Source: Pocillopora damicornis (taxonomy: Eukaryota). Taken from it: a stretch of 64,000 nucleotides of DNA. The stretch lies in NCBI RefSeq assembly GCF_003704095.1, contig NW_020846526.1:124001-188000 (forward strand), in the 5' to 3' direction. Below are positions 1 to 11,400 of the stretch, one piece after another (the stretch's first letter is position 1; every line of letters starts with the position of its first letter). The notes beneath the pieces were generated by a model. It had not been told where the DNA came from, did no database searches, and worked only from the letters and a program-made list of their open reading frames with translations. The position numbers and the translations under genes were made by a program.

Positions 1-129
1 TTCTGCCTTTTTTTGCATCATTGCTGTCAAGCTGCACGCTTGAGGCATATGTCGCCTTCACCGGCAACACGGTAATTGGTATTAAATAAATGTAACTCTG
101 CATCAACAATTAGTTTGTTACTGTCGCAG

Positions 130-2018
130 GTAGGTCAGATGACGCACCAGGCATTGCAGGAATGACTGATAGCGACTCGTGTCTAGAAGTGGCCTCAGGG
201 TGCTTGTTGTCACCAGAACTACTGTCTCAAGAGAGCTCAGAGGAATTAGTGATATCTGACTACGTACCCCTTGAGATAGGTTTGGAAGTCACAGCCTTGT
301 AACTTTTTACATGAGTTTTAAAATTTTAAACGGGCCTGAGAGTACCACCCTTGTCGTAAACATAGGCGTATGGGCATCTTCGAACCGAGGAAGGAGGGGT
401 GGGGGGGGTGAGGGGGGGGTGGTTGTGAGAGTTTGGCAAATACCTCAATACCTAAGCAAGTGTTATACGTGGAAAGCCCATCAAAGAAGCTCATAGGATT
501 GATGTGTGCCACTTTTCAATGCGAAACGATTGTATCTGAACTAGGAAAAAAAGAATTGTGTCCTAGATACATGTTTATACGTTTTGTCTTTATTATAGGA
601 AAAGAACATTCTATTATAGTTCAAGAGAACTTGACAGACAGTGGCACTTTTTGGGCTAAAGTTACTCGGGCAAGGAAGGAGGAAGATGCCTTCGTGGATG
701 CCATGGTGCGCATGGGGTAAGCATTTTCCGTGCTAGGGTTTTTCAAACGCGTCCATGCAGTTCTGTGTTTTGTTCCGTTTCTCAGGGAGTAGCGTCTTTC
801 CTATTTCCCAAGCCTTCTTCGGACGCCCATGCGAAAATGAGTCCAAAGGAATGACGGAGCACCACACGAAATGCGCGCAGCATTATTCACGAAAGATATG
901 TAGGGTCTTAAGTAGATGATTCCCCTTCAATAGAGGTTTATGTGGAGGACTCAGTCAGCTTCCTCGTCTCTTGATCGAGTTCGTTTAGCAGTGAAAGAGT
1001 GTTATTAATGAAGCAGCTATTTTCTGACAGGACCCACATAGAAGCCAGAAACAAAACCCTTGACCCAAGTGAGATATTTATATATAAGCAGTGTGCCGTG
1101 AAGGGCCGAGATGGATACTGGTACCGAGCTCTTGTAGAGAAAACTCTGGACAAGGGGAAGGTAAATTGGTTTCCCTGTTTAAGTCTTGATTTGTAACGGA
1201 CAATTTGAATAGCTGCAAGTTGAGAAAAAATAATAATTTTCTATAAAATTACCTATTTATTTGTTATCTTCAGATTTGCGTTCGACTTCTGGACATTGGT
1301 GATGTGTGGGAAGTGAATCAAAGAGCACTGAGGGTGCTTGATGATAAGTTTTACACGTCTCCTCCTGCACAGGTCAGTCATGGACATGTTGCATATTTGT
1401 TTTGTTAGAGCAAATATGAAGGGGCTGTGTTGACAAGATACGGTGTGCAATTTACTTAAATTGGAAACTGCGCACAAAAATATATTTAGAATTAATTTAC
1501 TAAATTTACACAAAAAAATGCCTAGAATTAATATACTAAATAACCGTTTCGTTTTTTCTTATATCCACTGAAGGCTTTTGAGTGCTGCATAGTGTACTCA
1601 AATTCTGCTAACAAGAAGGTACGAGACATTTTTTGTTATTTAACGTTTTGTAAAGGTAGCTAGGTGAGTAGCGGTCCATGGGGCAACGTTAAATTACTGA
1701 AAATCTTAAAAGGCTTTTGTTGTCAGAAGATGACGCTCTTAGTTCTCTTATTGCTCGTTCGTAATAGAACTGACCTGCATCGCCACTCCGTAGATCTGTT
1801 ATTTTCGGCTTCATTCGAATGCATTCGGCTGGACAAGTTATATTCGGCTGTTGTCGGCTGCGTTCGGGGCTATTGGTGTGTCCCAAATCGGCTTTTTTCG
1901 GCTACCTCGTCTTCTAACTAGGTGATGATGTGGCCATTGAGCTGTTTTCATTTCTTTTTAGGAAAAGAGTCGAATCGCCAAACTCGTGAGAAGAAACAAA
2001 AAGCTCCAAGTTTTGGTG
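130..2018 (+). CDS. Tudor-domain-containing protein, internal/3' exons (130-279, 599-716, 1031-1160, 1274-1372, 1574-1618, probably 1962-2018); gene starts upstream of the window
   Basis: Exons are bounded by AG/GT and join in consistent phases (1,2,0,0,0). They give ...GTFWAKV...CAVKGRDGYWYRALVEK...ICVRLLDIGDVWEV...LRVLDDKFYTSPPAQAFECC, the extended-Tudor pattern (WYRA, V-x-x-x-D-x-G, P-x-QA-x-x-C). Confidence 0.85.
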
Positions 2019-2303
2019 GTAAGTGTCGTTTTCTTCTTGTGGTATTTCCTTTTGTTGGTTTTATAAAACCAAATTCTAAATATGAAAACCTTACTCCTTT
2101 TTTTTTCTCTTTGAGCAGAAAGGTTACAGTGCGGGTACTGTTGAAGTTCAAATTCTGTCGTAAACAAGATGATTCTTATTTATCTGGTATGTTTATGAAG
2201 CAATTCATTTTTTTCTCTTTTGAACTTTTGAGGGTTCAAAATAGAGCGCTTTTAAATTAGATGTCGTCAAACCGAAACCAAAGTAATCACAACGACTAAA
2301 CTA

Positions 2304-2594
2304 ATCGCAGGTAGCGGGGAGCCAAGGGGATCTCTTAGTACGAACAAGAAACTGTCTTGAGCTCGAGAAAACGCAGATCGCAGGTAGCTAGAAGCCAAGG
2401 AAAATTCTTAGTACGGGCAAAAAAACTGTCTTGAGGGCGAGAAAACGCAGATCACAGGTAGCTGGGAGCCAAGGGGAACTCTTAGTACGAACAAGAAACT
2501 GTCTTGAGCGCGAGGAAACGCAGATCGCAGGTAGCCAGAAGCCAACGAAAACTTAGTACGAGCAAGAAACTGCCCTGAGCGCGAGAAAACGCGA
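2304..2594. repeat. Four ~73-bp tandem units (starts 2304, 2377, 2451, 2524) inside a degenerate interspersed repeat (~2244-2640)
   Basis: The unit atcgcaggtagc...gccaa..gg..cttagtacg..caagaaactgtcttgagc.cgagaaaacgcag is read directly four times. The flanks resemble the element also seen at ~6125-6400. Confidence 0.9.
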
Positions 2595-2700
2595 GGGGTG
2601 ATTTCATGGTTGGTTTGAATTTGATTCTGGTGACCCGTATTTGCTAATTGTATCCTAAAATAACGCATAAGCCATTACAAAATAATTTGGTTTTTCTCAA

Positions 2701-2880
2701 CTTAGCCCATCGCCAGAGAGAATGAGGATGGTCTAACGATCGGAATGTCGACTTTAAAAACTCTTTACGGTGGCCTATTTGCAGGATCAACTCTGTTGCT
2801 AAAACCAAATTGTTTTGTAATATCCCCCAGAGACGTAGCACCACAGTTTCTTTAGAGTCATTTTTCCTTTATGCACTAGT
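2701..2880 (+). mobile_element. Degenerate Penelope-associated/hammerhead-like short interspersed repeat
   Basis: ttagcccatcgccagag...ctaacgatcggaatgtcgac...ctttacggtggcc...gacgtagcaccacagtttctttag matches, from recall, a very common anthozoan repeat. A related fragment lies at 33487-33580. Confidence 0.55.
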
Positions 2881-3019
2881 TATTAGCTGAGGCGAAAACC
2901 GCCTCCCAGCTCCGTAAATTCAGTTAGTGTCTCTTGGTTTTCTTAAAACGTTTGTTACCCGAGCGTTCTTAATATATTCAGCTCCATTGACAATGGTGTT
3001 TGTTTTTTTTCCCTTTCAG

Positions 3020-3157
3020 ATTATTTTATTGAACTTTGATGTCCCGAACTGTCGTGGTTCTTTTTGTCTTGGATATATATCTAATGTTCATGCAAATGTT
3101 GATGAATACTTTTATACGCTCTCAGAACTTTCTGTAGATTTCTTACTTGCGAGATGA
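3020..3157 (+). CDS. Probable terminal exon of the Tudor gene (IILLNFDVPNCRGSF...DFLLAR*)
   Basis: Strong polypyrimidine acceptor (tttttttccctttcag), open frame to TGA at 3155-3157, AATAAA at ~3262. The link to upstream exons (possible exon near 2119-2186) is unresolved. Confidence 0.45.
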   Translation: MILLNFDVPNCRGSFCLGYISNVHANVDEYFYTLSELSVDFLLAR

Positions 3158-6124
3158 CAGATTTACTAATAGACATTCTTTTTGGTACTTAATATATACT
3201 GAATTTTCTTGAGAAAATTCTTTGATGTTTTGCCAAGTTATTTATTGTAACGATTGTAAATAATAAAGCTGCTTTCGTTTTTTCAGTTTATCTTTACTGC
3301 GTATGTTGTTGTTCATGTCACCTAAGGAACACTAACGTTCATGAATTGTGCTGCCTGGAATAAACCATCTCCAAAGTTGGCAACATCCTTGGGTCATGTA
3401 GGACTTATTCATGTAGTTTTAATAGATCAGAGCACAGATTGAGCTCAGTGCGAATACTTCAAACTCAATGAACCTACTAGCTACTAGGCTGCATGACTAG
3501 GAAGCTTTGACCTGGTAAATAATTATCGGAAAAACTTGAATGTGTGCCATGACGATTTACTGAGATTTACTTTAACCAGCGTCTTCTTTGGTATCACATT
3601 GTCTTCAGCCAGGAGCTTTGCGTTCTTAGGGTTAAGACAGCGTCGAGGTGGGTACAGGTGAAGTTAAAATGTTAGGACACGAACGTTCTCTCTTACTTCG
3701 TTTTACTTTGAAATCTCTCTAAGGATACTTATCGCATTTTCTGTTTTGTTGAAACCACATATTTTCATTATGAAGAAAACACGAAAAAACGTAACCATGG
3801 TCAAAGAGAAACCAAATAGTCACCAACAATGCAGTTTTTAATTCTTCCTCAAGTCAGCTGATCTGGCTAATTCATTATTTTCTTTAAATTAATTTGGTTC
3901 AATTCAATTGTCTCGCAAAGCTTAAATCTGCAATAAGTTTAATTTTTTTGGTAACATGCGCAAAGTACGCCTAACTGATAATATTCTGTAGCTACAGTGA
4001 TAAAAAACTTGATCACAAATGAACCAGTGTAGTCTTGTGAAGAGCAAAGAGGTTCTGTGGGGGCTACCATTGACATAGTTGTTACACGCGTTAGTTAACA
4101 CAAGTGTCTGTATATTATAGGAATGAGGCAAGCCGTGGGACATAGTTAAGCCAATAAACTACAGAGTTTTCGCTCTAGCTGTCAGAGAATGACGTTTTGC
4201 GCGAAGCAGGAAGCTTCGCCTCACGGTAATTCTTAATTACACGACCACGTTGCTTCTACAACAATTTTTTTTTGCCTCAAACATATTGCAAACCAATCAT
4301 TTCCTTATTTACAATCGACTGAGCGCGATTACTTTGTTACTACGAATACGTTACTATGGTCCAACAATGGTTGTAAGACCCCATAAATTGTTAGAAATGT
4401 TAAGGAAATCTAACCACTACTTATGGTATTGAATTACCCAGAAAACAAGCAAGAGAAATGAATGTACTTATTCTTGATGTGAAAACCAAACATTACTTCC
4501 AGACTTACAAGAAAAATATATAACGGCCAACAGGGAGAGATGCGAATCGAATTACGGCAGATTTAGAATTACCCGAGATACACCTTACTTTGTTTGTCAA
4601 CTGTTGTATTCGCTCTCGTGCGTTCCCAAGGAAAAAAATTTTCCATAAACTTGAGGAAACTGTAAGTTGTACTGAGAGACTAGAAAAAAACAACAACTGG
4701 ACGAAATCTAATATAATTGTAAAAGGTTAATTAGAAAACTTAAGAATTTTAAACCAGCCAGTGGAGTATGGAAAGGCAATGAAAATTTCGCCACTCGGTC
4801 CTTGTTAATAAGGAGAAAATCTTAAAATGATCCATACAAGATTATCATATTTATGTAATATATATATATTTATACTATACAGCTAGGACAACTTTCCTAG
4901 GAAATAATTTCATCTGAACTAGATAACTTCTTTTAAACATTCCAACTGGAAAGATAAATCTCAGCATTTTAGCTTTTTACCCACATATTTAGTTTTGTTT
5001 TTGCAAAAGAGCACTTTTGAGTAAAGTTTCTTAACATTAGGGCAGATCCTTGTGTTGAAGCAATACATTCGGACGGTTAGAACCGCTTCAATTTACGTGA
5101 CCTGTTAAGACGCGGGAAAATGCCTGACTAAGTCACGGTCAGTTTAGTTGCTTTTTGATTGGTCAAAAAGTCAATGCAGTAAAGGAGAACTAGCAGAACC
5201 CACATAATTTCGGATTAATTTTGACACTATTTAAAACTCGCTCTAGTAACAGTAATATTACGTTTTTAAAATTATATTGTGTCTAATAAGTGCTCATAAT
5301 CTTAATAACTTATTTTTACCCTTGAGTTTGTTTTTTAAAGCAAATTTGAATACCCTCATAGTTTATGTCTTTAGTTTAGAGTCGCCTGATTGTGTGAAAT
5401 AACGTGTCAATTCCTTTGAATCGCCGAAAATTCCTCCTAACAATGACTGTCTTGACGAAAAGAACAACGAAAGACACATTTTGACAATGCCTTCACGAGC
5501 TAAGTTTTGGCTCCGTTTTAAAGCGAAGCTTGCTGAAAAACCAGCGTGGTCAAGTACAGCTTTATTCCGAAATTTCTTTCGATGAAAATTAAGCTTATGA
5601 TTGAGATTTTACATAATGCTTCGTTTTTAAAAACAGAACCAAACTTCATCTTAAAACTGTGTTATGTCGTAGACTTGACTTGTGATGTACACTCTGGATC
5701 AGACAAGTGTCCTACTCTGATTTTGTCCGGCAAGTGTCAGTTTGATGACAGGCTATTGTACGATCACGTGACTGTCTCCTGCACACAGTAAATTTTCACG
5801 TGGTCACACGATGCACACGACGAGGACTCCACGGAGTTAAAGTAATTTTTTAATCTCACTTCCTGTAATGTTGGACGTCTTCTACTCTGTAATGGCCTTG
5901 TACTTTCATCTGTAAAACGCAAACAACATTTATTAGCAAGTAATTTGGAGGGTTCATTTCTCGATCCTTAATTTTACTCAGTAACACCTGAATGTTGTGA
6001 TTACATCTTGTTGTTATAGCCAGAGAAGTTTTTATTGCGAACTTTGATTTTAAGATCTTCTTATTGCAGTGAGTTATTAATCAATGTTTTAAGCTCAACG
6101 ACCCTAATTACTTGTACTTTTAAA

Positions 6125-6400
6125 GCGCTTTTCGATTGAGTGTCGTAATTCAACAACAAAACTTATCACGATGTCCAATTAGAAGAAAGAAAAATACCAT
6201 AAACAGCCAATTAGATCTTGAAGTGAAAACAAGCATTCTGCCCAAAGCGCGGGAAAACGTGGGTGACCTAGTTGTGATTGGTTTTAGTTTGCATTTGATT
6301 GGTTGAGAGAGTGACGCGATTTTTCTGGACCAATCACAGAATGACGTAAAGCAAAAAGAAAGCAACGCCGAATTAATTTCGACACTCAATTGAAAATTGC
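6125..6400. repeat. Interspersed MITE-like repeat (gcgcttttcgattgagtgtcg ... cgacactcaattgaaaattgctc)
   Basis: Terminal inverted similarity (tttcgattgagtgtcg / cgacactcaattgaaa) and an internal gcgcgggaaaac...gattggtt motif. Related decayed copies lie at ~2244-2640 and ~5100-5245. Confidence 0.7.
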
Positions 6401-8414
6401 TCAGATAAATCGAATCACTTTAGTTATGTTCTAGGGTTTTTAGGTCATTAGTCAACAGGGTCATAGTTTACAGGGTTTCACTATGGATTTGGGATATCTC
6501 GTAGGTAGGTTTTATCGGTTGAAATTCAGTTTTTAATACTTCAGTCAAATTGTAACAATTTAGTATTTGCAGTTGAGTAGTGGTTACTATTAGGGTTAGT
6601 AATTATAAAGGATTAGGGAAAGCGAGGTATTTACCTACCTACGAGGCATGCCATTTAGTGACAACCCCTCAGTAAGTGCACGAAGGAATCGTCTATCAAA
6701 AAAGCGTTTACAAATTGACATTTATTTCTGATGAATACTGGTAGTTTGTAAGATTCTTTCTGTCTTATCTCTGTAAGCAGTTTACAAAATGATTTTAATA
6801 AGCAAAAGATACCTTTTAAATCCCTTACGACTTTAAACTTTGGACAACATAGTAGTTAAATTTAAAAATAATAATAATGATAAGTTTAGAGGTTGTAAGG
6901 CTATGGCAAATGCTTAAGAGAATTGTGATGGTGGTTTCAACGAGAGGGTGTCTTATTTCATGATTCAAATGCAGTTTATTTTACTAAAGAATACCAATCC
7001 ATCTTTAAATCGAAATTGAGAGGGCTTTAACTTATTTAATGATCAACTGGATGCACTTTACTATGCACGAGGAACTTAAATGGAGGAAATAATTGAGTAT
7101 TTTTTACACGAATAGCGACATTTTTTTAAATTTACGTATTTGCTTTCATGAGGAGAGTGGTTTTGCGTAGTTCATGTGAAGACTTAAAGTATGCTACAGA
7201 TATGTTAGGAGTCAACGTGTAGGGTCGGTATTGGTGAAAGTGAATCCGCGAGTTGCTAAATGGAACAATGGGTTGGATGAAGTGCGGACTAATGATTCGT
7301 TCTCGAACTTGCAATTCAAATTTCAGCTGGAGTGTTCAGAGAGAAACTAGGTACATGTAGTCAAAAGCTTCCAGAACAAGAAGTGGCCTGAGTTATACTT
7401 TAGGAACCATGTTGAATTGTGGCTAATGCAAGGGTTGGTTTTACTGTGGCACCAAGAAAATCAATGGAGAGAAGCGAAAGGTAGAAATTGAAGGACTGAC
7501 CTATCTAAACGGGTCGACCTTGCATCCTACATAGTCCTTTAGGTGGTGTCTGTCGGAAGAAGAAGAAAACAAGATTCGAAAGAGATGAAGCAAGATTGGT
7601 TAGGTGCAAAGGACAGGTTAAGAGAAAGACATCAAGACTGGATTGTTAGAACCCTTCTGAATAACCATTGTAAGAAACGGAGCAGCCAGTTCTAATCCCT
7701 TTGTGAATGAAGTGACGCAGTATCAACCGGTGTTGTTAAGATTGCATTGGGAGAGCTAGCCGGACGAAAATGAATCAGTAACGGACTAAGGCCAGTGTTT
7801 GCTTTTTTACGTTAGCACCCTCGGGTGTTAGCACATCAATAGTTGAGATGATATGAGGTTTCAGTAGTTTGTGAAGGATATAGCTAAGATGAAGATACAA
7901 ACTCTGTAGCTGTGGCTTTTCTTTTGTAAATTGGTGTCCTGAATTGAAAGTTCATGCGCGCTAGCATGCCTTCTCAAGGAAGGAAAATAATGATAAAAAA
8001 CAACGGTGAACAAAGATAGAGGAAAGGAACTATGGCGCCAACACAGTTTTTACAGTAGACTGAAAGAACAAAAATAGAAAGGAAGGAAGAGAATAGAAGG
8101 TAAACGAAAAGATAAGAGGAGAAAATTGGTGGAAAGAAGAGTTGAGACTACAGGAGCCAAGCCAGAAAAGTAGATAGAAAGATAAGGAGAAGGAAAGGAA
8201 AGAACATAAAAGAGGGAGAGAGAAGAGGATTGCAGGACACTGACCTTTGGGGATCCTGCAGTATGAAAGACAGATAGATATTGCTTTCTAAGAAGTTCCA
8301 GACGAGCATGCCCTGAAAGACCACAACAAGATGGAGCGACAAATTAACAGGCTCGAGAAAGAAGCAAAGAAGTGTGCGAGGGGGTTACCTCGGGGAAAGA
8401 TTCCGCGATTCTCC

Positions 8415-11400
8415 CTAAAACTCAAAGGTAAAGTACGTTGGCTTGATGTTTTCTCTTGGTGTAGGCTCGGAGTTGCTCGAAGGACACGTACCTAGTGCGG
8501 AGTCTGGGGATGAACCTTCGTCTTCGTCCCGATGACTAAACTCTGAAATAGAAAGGAAAGAAGATCAGACCTTAATGCAAGCATGGGACGCCTTTGGAAA
8601 TTATGGAATGCATCTAAGGTTGGTTGTGAAACACGTGGCAAGAGTAGCGCTTAATCTCGTCCAATGAAAGCCAATCAGTGGTAACGCGTCGTTGTTAGTG
8701 TTACAAATCTGTGGTGTTTACGCTACTCCAATCAAGTGTCTCAAAATCAATAAGCATTCTCGTCGATTAGCGATTTCTGCCGGCTGCGTACCATGTAGCA
8801 ATTTGAAAAGTGTTTTTGTCACATACCTGAGCCCTTGTCGAGATTGACAGCAACCATTTTCCTTGAATAAAAGAGAAAGAGCACGCATAAGTATAAAGGA
8901 AAGGTATATAGTAAACATATTGTCCTGATAGGTCACGATATGTTTGTTGATGCTAAACGAAAAGATCTCTTATTGGAAAGTACACAACATCCGTATTTTG
9001 CATAAAGGAAACATTAGCTTATTATTGTTGTTGTTGTTGTTGTTTTTTAACATTTTAATTCTAAGCTCTTTTTGGTGTCGTCAATCAAATTATATCTGGA
9101 TCGTTTTTAGAAGACGGAAAGCTATGAAACGAAGCAGCCAGTTCTAATCCCTTTGTGAATGAAGTGATCTGGCATGAAGTTAACAGTTAGTGTTTATCAT
9201 GGTTTGATGGAAAGACCATGCGAGTGATCCGTGATCCAGCATATGACATGCATTTCTTTCTTCTCCGATTGTACTTGTAGTGGGTGATACTCACTTTGCG
9301 GGTCCTGGGGTTTTGATCTTTTCAACTGGTGAGTTTGGCTCCTGGAACCGTGGATTACTCATTGGAAATGAAATACGCTTCTTCTTTTCTTCATGAATCC
9401 TAAAAAGAAATTTTTGTTTTAAGTGCACGTCTGAATTCAGGAACACGTAATTTTTTTGTCGGAGTGGTGTTGGTGGTTGAGAGCTTGACAGAAACATGAG
9501 GAGTTTACAAGGACAGAATCTGGCTGCTCGTATCAGTTAAAAGGTTCTTACTCCAAACGGTTTTTCATTCACGCGATCACATGCAAACTGAATTGGTTTT
9601 CTCAGTATGTTCGTTCTTTCTTACCCCTCAATCGGAGAATTCGAAACAAAAAAATTTTTTACCAAATATTTCCAATTAATTTTCAACTGATGACAAACTC
9701 TAACAGCCGCTTAAGTGATCAATTATTTAATTGACCAATACCTGACCTGTTGCCTGCGTGAATGCCCTCCATTGTGTACATTCTAAGATTTGTTTGACAT
9801 TATAACGAGGAAAAGGGAATGAAAAATGTAGCAGAAGAGAAATCACTCCCTAAGAGACGTCGAGTGCTACGACACTAGATCTGTTAGAACTTATAAGGCC
9901 ACAATAGTTTTCGCTCTGTAGAGCTGTTGCACAACTATGATGTATGTACTATTTCGTGGGAGGGATGGAGCCTCATGGTTAAAAATTCAAACAAACATGA
10001 GAATGTTACTGACCTCTTTCTATCCAATTTTAATCGATAAAAACCCCTCAGAAAGGCTAAAATGATGACTAACACCAAAGCAGTGCCGACACTGTATACA
10101 ACCGCATCGTAATTCTTTCTCACTTCCTTTTGATACGCTGGCTTCGGTTGTGGTAATGCTAAATAAAAACCAATTTGACTCCATTTATCATGATACTGTC
10201 GTTAGCTGTTTAATGGCAGAATTGGACTGTAAATTATAGATGGGTCAAAAAAGTCTCTTTTTTTAACTGGCGATTTCGTAAGTTTAGGGTTTAAAATTAT
10301 GAATCTCAATTATGGAAATGCGTTTTAACGGCTGGGGTCTCACACAGTGCCTTGATGGAATCAGGATATTTCATCATCACACATTACTACCTTTTCATAC
10401 CAGATCGAGAGGGGAGAGTCACGTGCTTTGTTTGCCTTCCCCCCTTTAGATACGCCTTGATGTCAAGTACATTATGTCATGCATTAAAATTTGGTTAAGT
10501 TTTCTATCGCATATCTGTGTTGAAATAAGAAAGAAAATTCTTTCTAGAAACTCATCAGCCTTTACCTCGTACTTTCCAGACGGAGATGTTTATCGTTCGA
10601 TAGCATATTTTTCATACCTGTAAAGTGTGGGTTTGAGAAATCGCTGTCCTTATATTTACAGTCCTCAAAAGGTCCGGTGGACTTCAAGTAGGCGCGCAAC
10701 TGAAATCTAGAAGCGCGACAACAGAATGTTTACGATCACGGTGTTTTGTAATGAGTGGTTTTCACGAAGACACAAGCTTAACCGCTTTGGCACACAAATA
10801 AAATCCAGAAAAGAGCTCTTCATCCACTTGTATTGGGACGAATTAAAATTTGAAGGGTTGGCTTTTTATCTTAGAGGAAAGTAGTGGGAACCTGGCGGAA
10901 AGATGCCCTTAACCAAGATTCTGATGTTATAATAAAAATAACATGAAAGAAGTTCTTCTTCAAGATCAATATTAATAAAGACAAAAGTATGGAATGTTAC
11001 CTGTATTTCTTGCCTGGTCCTAACGGTCCGTTACAGAAATCTTTATCTCCCCGTCTGTTTTCACAATTTTTGTCCACGCCAATTTCCACCTCAAGCGGTC
11101 TAGATTTTTCGATAGACGGTGTGGACGGTATCACTTTGGTAATGTACCGATTTAATGCCTGGTCTTCCTCTGCGGATTGGCTCACTTTATACCACGTGAG
11201 TGGTTCCCTTTCACTGATTGCATCATCTAAAAGAGAATTTTCCTGAGTGAGTAAATTATGGATTGGTGGGTTCTGAGAGTAAAGAACTGGTGTTACTGAC
11301 CCAAGTAAGCTCTGCCAACTCAGCGAAACGAAACACAAAGGGTACCTCACACCAATTTCTCCTTCGGTTTCAATTGTACGAATGTAAACTGGTTAAGCCC

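Noticed and set aside
2304-2594. CRISPR-like array
   Set aside because: Units are contiguous tandem repeats without unique spacers; eukaryotic context and no cas genes.
130-3157. Functional link between the Tudor (piRNA-type) gene and the repeat-rich cluster
   Set aside because: Only proximity (30 kb, with another gene between); no sequence evidence.
7980-8342. Purine-rich tract and hydrophobic 64-aa minus-strand ORF
   Set aside because: Low-complexity 3' UTR sequence of the cadherin gene; the apparent TM character comes from T/C bias.
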